A stretch of 33,534 nt of DNA, from positions 496,001-529,534 of the forward strand of contig JBPGPT010000013.1 of assembly GCA_051047955.1 (NCBI GenBank), given 5' to 3'. Shown here piece by piece: positions 21,203 through 33,318 of this stretch (positions are counted from its first letter, which is position 1; every line of letters begins with the position of its first letter). Below the pieces are notes generated by a model, which was not told the DNA's origin, ran no database searches, and saw only the letters and a program-made list of their open reading frames with translations. A program made the position numbers and the translations under genes. Source of the DNA: Cystobasidiomycetes sp. EMM_F5 (taxonomy: Eukaryota).

Positions 21203-22630
21203 TCAGATTCGCTTGGTCCGGGCAGCGCGAGCGACACTGGGAGACTTGGTGTCATAATACGACACGGACTTGACGAGTTTCGGTGGTTGCAACTCAATCG
21301 AGTCGGCAGAGCTGGTGGGTGTCATGGCATGGCTCAAGCCGTATCCAGACTGACGATGCTGAAGATTGATGTGCGACGCAGACACGCTTCTGAAGGGCTG
21401 TATGCGTGCCGTGGCGAAACGAGGCTTCAAGTACTTGACTTGCTTGACGTACGGTGCCTCGTCGTCGCTGCTCAGCTGTTCTGCTGGAGAAACGTCGCTA
21501 TCGCTGCTGGATGCATCATCGGTCAACTCTGTCCCAGAAGAGCTGCCCTTCGAATTGCCAGACATGCAGATGCTGGCCGGCGAAGGAGGACCGCGAACAG
21601 CGGCCCGCTCTGGCGTGACTGGGAGACGAGGCTCGGAAACGCTGTGCGGCAGGTTCATGCGTAGAGAGGCTCGTTCTGGCGTAATCTTGCTCGAGTAGAA
21701 GACGTCATCGTGTGCTGGAGAGACAGGCGTGCTGCGTGCAGGAGTGACAGGCTGTGGCTTGGCAATGGGGGTAACTCCGGTTGGGACAAGCGAAGTGCGA
21801 GGGAAGAATGGCGCGAATTGATGGACAAGTTCGGCCTCCTCGATGCGCAGGTCAAAGTCCAGAAGGTAGAGCAGCTGGCATTCCATGAGGTCTGTGGAAC
21901 AGCGCCATTAGTTTCAACAAATATCAAGATACTCGCTGGCTTCGTGTGCTTCGACTTACTGGTCTCGCTTGCGGCAAACAATCCTGCATAACGGTTCCAG
22001 TACTTGTTCTTCGGGCTTGAGTCGTTCAGATACTTGGCTGCTACAATCAGAGCAGCAAGGAAGATGCGATGCTTGGTGCAAGTCATTCCCTTTGCAATCT
22101 TCGGCAGACGATGCTTAAGGCGCTCCAAATAAATGAGTGTGCATAGAAGAGTCGGGACCTGGACGTTGCTCTTCTCGACGAGCACGGTAATGAAGGCTTC
22201 CAATGAAGGAAGGCTGGCATCATCAATGGGCGACTTGGGTCCAGCACCGTCCGTCGACGTGCCGTCTGGCGACAAATGTCCGTCGCTGATGGCGGAGGCC
22301 GGCGGTAGAGAAATATCGCCGTGAGTCGCCTTGATGGGCGTGGCTGGTGGAGAGATCGGCATAACAGGGCCAGGACCGCAATCGATGACCTCACAAGTTC
22401 GGGCGGCGAGGTGGGCTGGGAGAGGACAATAAACGTCAGCGACGAGCGTGTCATGTTGTGCCAAAGCAAGCCCCATTTCCCTCACCAATCATTGGCTTTG
22501 TGACTCGGCTCTTGACCAAGTCCAACAATTGCGGATGATGCATATACTTTGGCAGCAGGGAGCCTGGGTGGCGTCTCATCATGTTTGGGGCGTATTCTTG
22601 AGTGGCAGCCATTGGTGCAATGACTGACAT
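21203..22630 (-). CDS. Pho85-type cyclin (Pcl1/Pcl2-like)
   Basis: Exons 22630-22486, 22415-21960, 21891-21203. Cyclin-box motifs [48 protein letters not shown] and [15 protein letters not shown], followed by a S/P-rich tail. Confidence 0.9.
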
Positions 22631-23922
22631 AAGGCTGGGTGTCGTAAGGGTTGATGTCGATTCTTGAGGCTGACGATGAGATCAAATGAGCGTAGGTTGA
22701 TTTCCTGTGCAGGGGGCGTGTACGAGGATAGGCGAGGCGTTAGCTGACTGAACGAGTGTGTGCTATAAACGAGAGTGGAAAGAGTATAGACGAGAACTGA
22801 GACGTGAAATCGGAACGGGAAAGGACTGAGTTGTCAGATGATGAGCGAGAGGGAAGAGGGCAAGACGAGTCGTATGGCCGGAAGCGAAATTTGAGACTGA
22901 CGAGAGGCAAAACACCGCCGAGAGTTCAGGTGTGCATCCCTCGCGCTAGCTGGTAATCCACGCTACCCGAGCCCCTGGCTGTTGTTTTGCTCAGGAGGGG
23001 CGAGGCGCGTCAGGGGCAGGTAGTCACAACCTGGTGCGCAGACTTGCGAGAGGCGAGATATGGCCTGCAGCTGTAAGGCGGGTTACGCATTTACCAAATT
23101 GTGCATGTATACCCGACCTGCCGGCCCGTCCAGTGTTTCGAGTGTAGGGAGCAGCGGAACAGGTATGGCGGAAAATGGTGATAAATACTTCAGAAACGGG
23201 AGCAGGACTTACGTGAGTGCGAGCGGACAGGGATGGCCAAATCCGGCTGGCGTGTCGTGTCCTTTCGATATTCGTGTTGATGATGCCAGACGTAAGGCTG
23301 AACCTGCGCAGAGAGACGGAAATCCAAGGCAGTAGAATCACACAAAGACAGAAAAGTAGTGGTATACCGTTAGAATAGGAGCGTCGCTCGAAAAGCGTCG
23401 CAGCTCGCCTTGCCAGGCGGTTCGAGAGGTGTTTTGAGCGGTGGCAGTATTTCTGTCGCAGATGCAGCAGGCTTGACGACCTGACTTGGTACGGTATTCC
23501 TGTGTTCAGGACAGTGGGAGTAAACAAGCCAACCTGCGAGGTGCGGCGAGCCGGGAGGCTTTCCGTCGAGGAGGCAGGACAGAGTGGGCTTGCATAATTG
23601 TGGGTCACGGGCGTAGAAGATGACGTGAACGACGTCGAGCCAGTAGAAGCTGAATGCGTTACGGTGTCGTTCGATGTTCTGCGCACAGTAATAAGACGCG
23701 GCGTCCTTAAGAGTATATATGCACAAATCCGACGACACAATTGGCGACGGTCATGACGAGCTACCGCGGAATCAGTCACTCAGTCAATTAGTCGAGAAGG
23801 TTACATTCCTTCTTGGATCAGCCCATGTCAGTATGGATGGTTTCCGTCTTCGCCCCGCAAAGCTTTTCAAATCAGCATATCTGATGTCCAGCTTCAAGCC
23901 CGTCAGCCTTTCTCAGCATCCA

Positions 23923-25004
23923 ATGACCACGCCCAATTCTGCGCGTATACGAGCTGTTCTCTTTGACGTCCGCTCTAATCCTCCCATACCTTACTTGCTG
24001 ACGCTGACTTAGCTGTCCATCGCTGACCTTGTAGGCGTTCGGGACGCTGTTTCGCCCTCGACAGCCCATACACGTCCAATATGTGCGTCTCGAGGAACCT
24101 TTCCGGATCATTCCTAGTGATATGACTGAAGTGTACGCTTTCCGTTATTGTCACTCCCAAGCAGGCTCAGGTCGCCCAATCCTACGGGCTCGTTGTGACG
24201 CCCGAAGAAGTAAAGGTCGGTTTCAAGCAGGCCTTCTCTGAAGTCAACGCCGAGCATGCGCTGTACGGCAAGTACTCGACGCCTCCGTTGCATTATAACG
24301 AATGGTGGTCGCAAGTCATCGAAAGGACCTTTCGATACGCCAACGTTGCAGAGTCTGGTACATCGATTCCCCGCACAACAAGCAAGTACGCTCTGTTAGC
24401 TGATGAGTCTACTCCGCATACTCTCCGTGTCAAGATCTGCAAGTCACACTGCCAACACTGCTTCCTGCGCTCCTCCATCGCTTCTGGTCTGACGAGGGAT
24501 ACATTCTGCATAACGACACTATGGACTGCCTTCGAGAGATCAAAGCCCAAGGTCTATCAATGGGGGTAGTAACGAATTCGGATCCGCGCATCGTTGACGT
24601 TCTGAAATCACTAGGAATCACTCCGGAATTCGTGAGTGAGAAACGGTAGGTTTAGCTTACAGCTTGCTGTACATCGCGTTGGAGCTGAAGCATCGTATGC
24701 TCTCAGTGTGACAGTCTCGTGGGATGTTGGAGTCGCCAAGCCATCTGGCAGAATATTCATGGCTGGCTGCGACAAGCTCTCAAGCAGAGCTCAAGAAACG
24801 CTGATGGTCGGAGACGACCTCGAGGAAGACGTCAATGGCGCCGCGAGTATCGATATGCCCTCTGTTCTACTCAAACGCGTGCCGCACGAAGCGTCCTATG
24901 TGCGCAAGGAAGTAAACGACACCGATCTGGCACATGTGAATGTCCTCAACAGCCTGAATGATCTTCCAGACTGGATCTCGCATTTCAATAGACGACACGA
25001 ATGA
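23923..25004 (+). CDS. HAD-superfamily hydrolase (HDHD3-like)
   Basis: Spliced motif I RAVLFD|AFGTLF, motif II GVVTNSDPR, motif III VGVAKPSGRIF and motif IV MVGDDLEEDVNGA. Confidence 0.88.
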
Positions 25005-25064
25005 GCCGAGTAATGTCAACAACATTGCACTTCACTAGGAGCGACACTCAAATCGCCATTCGTT

Positions 25065-27826
25065 CTACGCCATCTGCTCATCGGCCACTACCTCGGCTGC
25101 CTCGGTTGCAGCCGCACTGCCATTACGAACAGAGGACATAAGCTCAGCAGGTTTTCCCCATTTCGGGAAGCATCGTTTGTATAAGTTGAGGCAGATGGTG
25201 TCCATCTGATCGATAGGGCCATCGAAGCCTGCCTTCAGGTAGCCATGCGTACCGAGAGATTCGTGAATGTGACCGACGCGGCCTTTCTTTGTACGAAGCT
25301 CTACCGGCTTGAAGTAGTCGACATCGGCTTGGTTGAAGAAGAGATATCTGATAGTTGCCGTCTTCTTGTGCACTTTGTACGGATGTCCAGTCAAAATGAT
25401 GCGTTTCGCGACAATGCGGGTGGGATCTGCACCGAGCAATGTACCAGTAGAGACCAAATCGATGATTCCGCTTTTTTCATTCGACTGTCTGAATACGATA
25501 GCGGGTACGTTGGTACCGAAAGTGATTGGCAAGTACGCTGAGCCGACCGAAGCGGAAGGACCAGGATGAAGGTACCGCTCAAACTTGTGCACGTTGTTGG
25601 AGCCCTTCCCGCCATTGCCGTGTGTATGTTGCGACCAAATCGGATTGATAGCGTACCGCCTGCAGCCGAGCTGGAGAATCAAGGGGTCTTTGGATCGAAT
25701 ATCGGCAGTGAACTCGGTATTCCTGATAGCGGTGAAGTGGACTACAGAGTACTTGTGCTCATGCTTGAGCAAGCCAAAGAGAACGAGAGGAGCTGCATCG
25801 ACTGGGCGTTGGGCTATGCTGCGCGGCACGTTTCGAAGGTATATCGTGACACGCGTGCCAGGCTGCGCAAGCCAAGCCGAAATTGTCAGCACATACCCTG
25901 AAGGTGAACAACCTGGAAACGCTCACCTCTACGCCGTCCTCAGCTGCCCTCTGTGCCAGTCGTCTACCCATCGTCTTCCAATTCTGAAACATAAAGATGC
26001 GCGAATACTCTTTCGGTAGGTTTTCGTAGGGATCCCACGCAGAAGTGCGAAAGCTCTTGAGGCCTCTGTAGCGAGCAAAGCGTTCTCGAGCGGGAATATC
26101 GAGCGGGGTGTCCACCTCGTCTGGGAACTCTGCATCGTCCTTTGCTTCCTTTCGACGATCTGCGTCTGCATCTCGCTTTGCAGCCAGGTAATCTGCATAC
26201 TGCGCTTCTTCAATGTCATTCGGTAAATCACGGAATGATACGCCAGTGCCAGTAGCGTTGGAAAAGCCATTTGTCGAAGGCACGGAAGCTGACAGACGGA
26301 CACTGTCTGCATCTGGGTCGACATATTCATATTCCTCCTCGTCTTCTTCGGGTTGATGTGAAGGTTCAGCAGCATCGCCGTCTTCATGCATGTTGCCTTC
26401 GTCATCGCTGTACTCTTCGTCCTGTTCGTCGTCGTCTACGTCCACCAGCCAAGCTGCTTGGTACGAGCTGGTTCCCTTCGGCACTCTGACCAACCTCCGG
26501 CTCTGTGCAGACGTCCCATTCCCGGTGACGCTCGTCAGATTGGCCGGTGCAGAAGCAATCTCCTCCTCGGTCGGCCAAGTCTGTTCGGCGAGAAGATCGT
26601 TGCCTTCGCTGGGAACATTTGTCGAAGCCAAGTCGTCTGCGTCGTCCAAGTCCGGCCTCGACAGAACCTGGTCTACAACATCGCGAGCTTCATCCATTGC
26701 GGCATCGATGCCTTTCTGACTTTTAGAAGGATGACTGCTGCGTCTAGGGTGTGAGGATGACGCTGAGACGATTCGGTCAATCTGAAAGTCGCCGTAGCCT
26801 TGCAAATGTACCAGTCTGTTGGCCGACAGGTGTGATCCTCTTACGAAACCGGTGATTGCCAGCATGCCAGTGGAGTCGGACGAGGCGTCTTTGCTGTCAT
26901 TGTTGATGTTGATGTTGATGTCGATGTCCTGCCCTTGCCATTCTACCTGCTCTGCCAACACTCTTGGCCGAGTCTCTCTCCATGAAACACTCCTGGGAAG
27001 ACGGTCACCGAGGCTGCGGAGTAGGTTTGCCGACTCGCTCGGTACGCTGGGTGCGTGTATGCGGTCGAGGGCGGGAAAGAAGTGCTTGACAAAGGACAGC
27101 AGGGATTTGCGTACCTGCTGACCTGCTACGTGATTCTCTGGCATTGCCGATACGACTGCCCTGACTGCCCCTTCGCCTACGCCGAGCGAGGCGAGTGAGC
27201 GTATGCACGTCTCTCCCCATTCGTCTACTTCTGTTGTGCCAGACAGGGATAAGACTACGAAATCTGCGACGGCGACTGCGTCGAGCACTGCCAGGAGGTT
27301 GCCGTGAGCGGGCGAGAGGAATTGGAGGGTAGCTCGGGGTTGTGCGAGGCTGCGGAAATGATTATCAGACGTTAGTCGATGCCCATCATCAGCTGCGAGT
27401 CGTCTATTTGCCAATGTCAGAATCTTGAGCTCACTCGACCTGCTGGACGTTACTTGCACCCGACGACGACTGGAGCTTTTGGATATCATCAGTAGCCGTC
27501 AGGAGCTCCTCTACGACGTCGTTGGCCGTCACATCAGCGCACAGTGCGACCACTGCGACCACTCGGGGTGCTCTCCCCTCCAGCCCTCGTGTGAGCCTCC
27601 CCTGCTCTACGACTGCCGCTCTCTTTGCGTTCTTTAATTGTTTGGCCGTGTTCCTCCTGTCCGCCTTGCTCGTCGCCGTCCTCGCTATCGTCCGCTGCTT
27701 TCCCCCCTCAGCTCCCCCAATCCTCCCCTTGGCCGCTGCCTTCAGGCTCCCCTTGCTCGCATGCCGACTCTTGAAGCCCTTGTTGGCCTGCTTGAGCGAC
27801 GGGCGGTGGTGGTGGGGTGTGGTCAT
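25065..27826 (-). CDS. TSR1: Pre-40S ribosome biogenesis protein Tsr1
   Basis: Motifs HHHRPSLKQANKGFKSRHASKG, LSANRLVHLQGYGDFQI, EQTWPTEEE, PKGTSSYQAAW, FPDEVDTP...ARERFARYRGLKSFRTS.WDP and ESLGTHGYLKA.FDG. Confidence 0.95.
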
Positions 27827-28365
27827 GTTTTGGTATCGGGTTGGAGGGGAAGAGAGCGAGAGCTTGGCAGAATTATCGCAAAATATGGCATTAAGTATGG
27901 CAGATTGCAAGTACAACGTAGTAGTCTAATCATTCACTACGCTACACTGCGCTAGTTCACAGCCCGTCGCCGAAAGATTGCCATTCTTTGGATAGATGAT
28001 CAGATATATCCACGTCTGATCAGTTGTGCCTTTGGTCTACTGCCCGCCCAAGTACTGCGCCCTCCATTCAGAACACTCTCCAGATTATGTGTTCACTGCG
28101 CGTTGTCGTTGAAGTGCCTTTACTTTGACAGATTGTGCACGTCCATGCGGTACTGTATACATCGAACGATGACGAGGGGTGCATGAGATGTAAGGCTACG
28201 AAAAAGATGCCTGCCAGAAGGAGATGGCCGTGTGCAGTTATCGTGTGGTTTGCGTATGATCTGCCAATGACCCCGTCGTCCCTCGAAGGTTCGGATCAGA
28301 TAATGCTAGGACAGGGAGGTCTATCAGCCGGCAGCAACGTCCATGCAGCCCGGTCAACCTACCCC

Positions 28366-28789
28366 TCACTGACTCAGTCTACTTTGCACTGCCATGGCTT
28401 CTACTTTCGCTCTCGTCCAGGCATCTTGCGCGACTTCTCCCCACCTCGTCGTGTACAGAGCGTGCATTCCTCGCATTAGCTGGTCATTCCACTGCGGGAA
28501 AGAATAGAACAAACACATCATCACGGATTAGCCTACGTAAATGCGCATACTAGCTCGCTGCGCCCACCTGAACTTTGATTTGCTCGCCGAGACTGAGCTT
28601 GCTCCACGGCTGCGGGGCTGTCGGGATTTCCTCGACTTTGGACTGAATTCTAAGTCCATCCAAGTCCCTCGAGAGGTTAGTGAGTGCCCGTCTGAGCGTG
28701 TCACTCGTAGAGTAGATTTGCTGATTGTAGGCTATCGTCGCAGCTCCAGCAATCCCAAAGCCAGTCAGAAGACCGCGAATAACGCCCAT
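28366..28789 (-). CDS. Small membrane protein, probably mitochondrial, resembling MICOS subunit Mic12 (~115 aa)
   Basis: Exons 28789-28568 and 28491-28366. Gly-rich N-terminal TM segment (GLLTGFGIAGAATIAY) and a later 'EQIKVQWNDQL' (K..WN) motif. The family assignment is by recall only. Confidence 0.55.
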
Positions 28790-29043
28790 CTTTTACGAGT
28801 GTGATTTCAGTATTCAGCGGAGTGATTTCCCAGCTTGCTCGCTGTTGTAGCAGCAGTTTGCAGTGAAAGATTTGGTTGATCCGGAGTCAACCTGGAGAGA
28901 AACGCCTTGGAACAGGACAACTCGACTGAAATGAGACTGAAAACATCAACGAAGAGAATCTAACCATTCCAAGCTGCTCTATACCCAGCTGAGAATTAAA
29001 CATCGAAAGAAGCAAGCCGCTACGACGGTCCTGGGGTTACAAC

Positions 29044-29890
29044 ATGGTCCTTGAAGATATATCACCCGAAACGGTCAGGAAACCAGCGAGGAAGAAGCGG
29101 CGCAAGGATAGGGAAGCGGAAGCTGCTGCTGCAAAGGAAATCGACGAGACGGCGACCGGATTGCTCAATTTGGCCTACGTTCCAGGCAAGGATATGACGC
29201 TGGACGAGTTTGGTGGGTCACCAGCTTGAAGGATGGGTTACGTTGGTGTAACCATGTCTGACTCTCCAAATGATATGCCTCACTAACTCTAGCCAACGCA
29301 TTCTGGAAACACCAGTTTGATACGGCTGAAACTATCGTCGAAGACTTCAAGACGCCAGAATTACCGTTGGCGAGGGTCAAGAGGGTAATGAAGACTGATC
29401 CGGATGTCGCTGTTGGTTCAAACATCAGCTTGCACCGAACGAACAATTCGCTTACTTTGATAAACCCAGATGATTGCATCCGAAGTGCCAGTCATACTTG
29501 AAAAGGCTTGCCAGAGTATGTCGCGTCCACCAAGACTTACACGTCCACTAACAGTGCGTCTCCGCAGTCTTCATCTCGGAATTGACAGCCCGAGCGTTCA
29601 TCGACTCTACAAAACGGAGAACCCTGACAAAACTCGATGTAGTTCTGGCTACTACCCGCAGCGACATGTTTGACTTCCTCATCGACATTGCTCCGAGGGA
29701 CACGCTCGATCCGTCAGACCTACAGACACAGTACGGAGAAGAGACTGTCAAGATGGACCTTACAGCAAGCACATCGTCTCGAGCGAGTGCCGGAAGAGGG
29801 TTGAGCCTTGACGATGGCAAAGCGCGGAGAAGGATAGGCAAGTCTTTACAGACTTCGGACGGCGACGGCGATGAGGAGGAGGAAGAGTGA
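29044..29890 (+). CDS. Histone-fold protein, NF-YC/Hap5-like (divergent)
   Basis: Four exons give [49 protein letters not shown]...KRRTL...SDMFDFLIDIAPR. Confidence 0.82.
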
Positions 29891-30181
29891 GAGCTGTGCC
29901 TCTCTAATGTCAAGATCAGTTGGTACGTGTAGCTTTCGCACGCTTGTTGTTGTGATTATGGGACAAACTCGTAGCGCGTTTCTTTCGAGCGTGTCAATGT
30001 CTTTATTGTGACGTTGTGGAATGCTTCTATGTGCTCTTGCAATCCTTACTGCTCTTTGCTGCAATTTGCTCCACATCCCTTTGACGTTCTTGATATCCCT
30101 TTCGGACCTGGACCAACTGAAGCAAAACCAGCCAGGACTTGGCCAGCGAGCTGGAAAGTTATCCGGACTCGGACATCGACC

Positions 30182-31487
30182 ATGGTATCGATACTCGTTC
30201 CGCTGGGCTGTGAGTTGGGAAAGAATGGCCCAAAACGGAGCACGTTGGCTGAAAAAGACGGCGACCATTTCTCCTCCAGACGTGATATTCCTGCTGGGGT
30301 CTCTGGCAGTGTTTAGCAGAGTATGGAAGAGGAAACAGAAGGGTGAGGCCAGACTCGTCGTCGTTGCGCGAAATGGCTGTACTTTGCGCGTTTCAAATGG
30401 CTGAGTTGATTCCAATTACCAGCCAAAGGGAACCGCGAACCATGGTTTCCGCCTCATACGACCCGCGACATCTACGTCTCGCTCCTCGAATTGAACCCTC
30501 CCCCGTCCAGGCCAGTCCTCATTGGCGCGCTCATTCGACGGGCAATTACAGACGTCCAGCGTATAATGGCAGTCCGTGACTCAAAGGTCGCGCTGCAGAC
30601 ACTGCTGAGCAAGGGGCAGATTGGTGACGATACGTGGAATCATCTCCTCGAGACGGAAAAGGAGCTCGAGGCAGAATTGCTCGAAGTCGTCGGAGAGGCC
30701 AACCACTTCAGACCAGGCTGGGGCAACATCATCTTTGCCCACGCTAGCGATATGCTGCAGCACGAGAAGAACAAGAAGATATACGAGGTGCTCGAGCAGG
30801 ATAGGGTAAAGGCCCGTGAGTCGGAGTGTACCAGTCGAGTCTATTGTTTTATAACTGAACCCGTGTCACTATTGCAATACAGGCGCAAAGTACTCTTCAC
30901 CACCTCCGGCGTACTCTCCCGCGCCGTTCGTCGGTATCGCTGCAAGCAATCCGAAAAAGCGTACCCTTCCCTCGTCTGTGCCTACGAGCGCTCAGATGCC
31001 CTCTAGCAAACCTGGAACTCCCGTACCTCCAAAGATCCAACCCAAAGCAACTGGGACAACACCGTCAGGAAGTGCGCCAAAGCTGGCCGGACAGCAACAG
31101 GCTGGTCAGGCCCAGAAGCCATTACAGCCAGTGCAGTCTGCGCCACAGCAAGGCAGTGCAAACGCCAGAACAGGGTCTCCGATGAAGTCTGGCGCTACTA
31201 CTCCAGCCTCAAACTCGCCTGTAAAGTCATTGAACGGCAACAACGGGGCCGTCTCACCGGCCAAAGGGCGCGTGTCTCCAGCAAAGAATGGCACGCCTAC
31301 CCCGCAGGCGCCTAGCCTGCAACATACCCTGTCGTCCATGTCTACTGCGACAGTGTCCAGTGGCGTGGAGAGTGATGCAGACGACGATGCAGACGGCGGT
31401 GCAAGCCATCCAGGCAGCTCGGTGACGAGTCCCAACAAGCAGACGCCTAGCAAGAAGAAGAAAAAGGGCAAGAAGGGCAAAAAGTAG
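30182..31487 (+). CDS. SEC66: Sec62/63 translocation complex subunit Sec66 (Sec71) with a low-complexity C-terminal extension
   Basis: Spliced N-terminal TM MVSILVPLGYVIFLLGSLAVFSRVW, then PWFPPH..RDIY.SL, ALIRRA, LL.KGQIGDD.W and EAN.FRPGWG..IF..A. The 3' exon boundaries are less certain. Confidence 0.85.
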
Positions 31488-32013
31488 ATATGCCAACTAT
31501 GGCAGAGCCCTGAAGGAGGTTTGACGGCAGTGTAGTGATACTTCGATGAAGCGAGATGAAGCAGGCAACTCGCTCGCTTCTTTTGCGCAAGCTTGGCAAC
31601 ATGCAAGGCCCTTCTGCTTGAAGGGCATGCAAAGTAATGCAACACCATCCTTCGAGCATTGTGTGCGTATGATGCACACGCTACTAACGGCTAACAACAA
31701 GATATCAGACCTCGCTGAATCGTTTCGGAAGCTGATGAATGACCATATAAATCCTCGAACTTGGGATTCACCGCGTCCACAAACGCAACAAGGCTACGAC
31801 TATCGTAATGACACACTGTTTGACATCCTGCTGTCATCCGTTTCAGAAATCATGCGGGGCCGAGGAGACTGTACGCACGACCCTTTGGTGCAACAGCTTC
31901 GTAAAGATGTTGGCGTAAGACTACACCGAAAGATGTTGGCGTAAAGCCGCATCAAATCGCCTGTGACGGCTGGGGCATCCTCTACAGTAACCGCGACTTT
32001 GCTTGTACATTCT

Positions 32014-32661
32014 CTACAGGCCCTTTTCATCACCGCGATTGCTGTCGAACCTCGACTTGTCTGGCGTAGGCGTCGCTTCTTCATCGTGATGGGGAGGTTG
32101 CCAGGCCAGACTCTCGCCACTGGCAGCGTACACATTGCTATAGCCTAGACCGGGATTTAGACGATTAGAGTAATCCTCCAGGCCATCCGCACGCGATTGG
32201 TTCCGGCTATTGTAATTTAGATCCATCATTGATACATTGTTGCTGGGCGACAGGTCGAATGCATCGTCTTCGGAGGGATCTTGCGCGTGCCTTGTTGAGC
32301 GATCTGTTGTTGTTGAGTTAAACATTGCAGATATCCTCTTTGCGGCTGATGAGCTGGCTACACGACGCCTCTGCCGTCTTCTCGAGTACAGCCACCACCC
32401 GCCAGCGAGTAGGGCGACAAAGACGAGGAAGGCAATGACGATGACGACGATGAAGGAGGTGCGTGATCCGTTGATGGCTGCAAGATTCATCAAAAGGTCA
32501 GCAATAATCTGTCCTGAAACGCGTTCAAAATGTATCCCAGCCGTACTTGTATGAGCGGCGTACGTCGTCTGCGGAGGCCCGGACGCTATCGGACCATCGT
32601 ACGCATCACCACCACCTCGGCGTACCATTCTATACTGCCGTTTGAGCTGCCGCGCTGGCAT
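32014..32661 (-). CDS. Hypothetical single-pass membrane protein
   Basis: Strong TM segment FIVVIVIAFLVFVALLAGGWWLY followed by a basic stop-transfer run SRRRQRRR. Probable in-frame 69-nt intron at 32546-32478 (GTACGG...GCTGAC...TGCAG). Confidence 0.65.
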   Translation of the reverse strand: MPARQLKRQYRMVRRGGGDAYDGPIASGPPQTTYAAHTSTAGIHFERVSGQIIADLLMNLAAINGSRTSFIVVIVIAFLVFVALLAGGWWLYSRRRQRRRVASSSAAKRISAMFNSTTTDRSTRHAQDPSEDDAFDLSPSNNVSMMDLNYNSRNQSRADGLEDYSNRLNPGLGYSNVYAASGESLAWQPPHHDEEATPTPDKSRFDSNRGDEKGL

Positions 32662-33318
32662 AACACGATATTCAAAGCTGGTTATGCCGTGACGTCCTAT
32701 AAATACGTAGAGACTTGGAGGAAATTGTCAGAGATGAGCCTGGGAGGGCTGTATTCACTTCAGTGTCGGCGTATTGTCTTTGACGTTTAATTCCTGACCA
32801 GCACTTGGAGTTTGTTGACGGCCAGCTTTATTGGATCTTGACGTCCAGGTTATAATGAATTGAAGCTTGAACTCCCGACAACCAGGAGCAGCTCAGCAGT
32901 GCGGGTATTGGGAGCAGTAATGGATTAATGGAGCAGGCTGGACTGTAATAAGACCTTGGGTTGGGTCAATACAACGCTGACGGGCTGATGTGCTAATGAT
33001 GGGTTCAAACTGATGATCATGATTGGAGACGGCTATAAGATTACTGTCTACTGATGTATATCACCGCAAAGATTACTGACGAGGACGCGCTGATTAGCTG
33101 GGTACCCTTAGCGAAGAGCTCGCTTCAAGCTCGCCGTGAATATCCGGCAATCCGTGGGGGCTGTCAGACTCGCTTTCAAGCTGATGGAGAGTGCTTCGCC
33201 TAAGTTCGTGCTTTGGCTCTGTTCATTCCTTATCCTCGCATAGATTGAACGCTCTCCGCTCCCTCCTCATCTTCACATACATTACACCAATCCTCTTTCT
33301 GCCATCTAGACGCTCAAA

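Noticed and set aside
23024..23779. 251-aa minus-strand ORF
   Set aside because: No recognisable domain or protein-like composition; it lies in the presumed leader/promoter region of the cyclin gene.
26901..26927. (GTTGAT)n repeat in TSR1
   Set aside because: In-frame hexamer microsatellite encoding DIDINININ in what is probably a variable loop; unremarkable.
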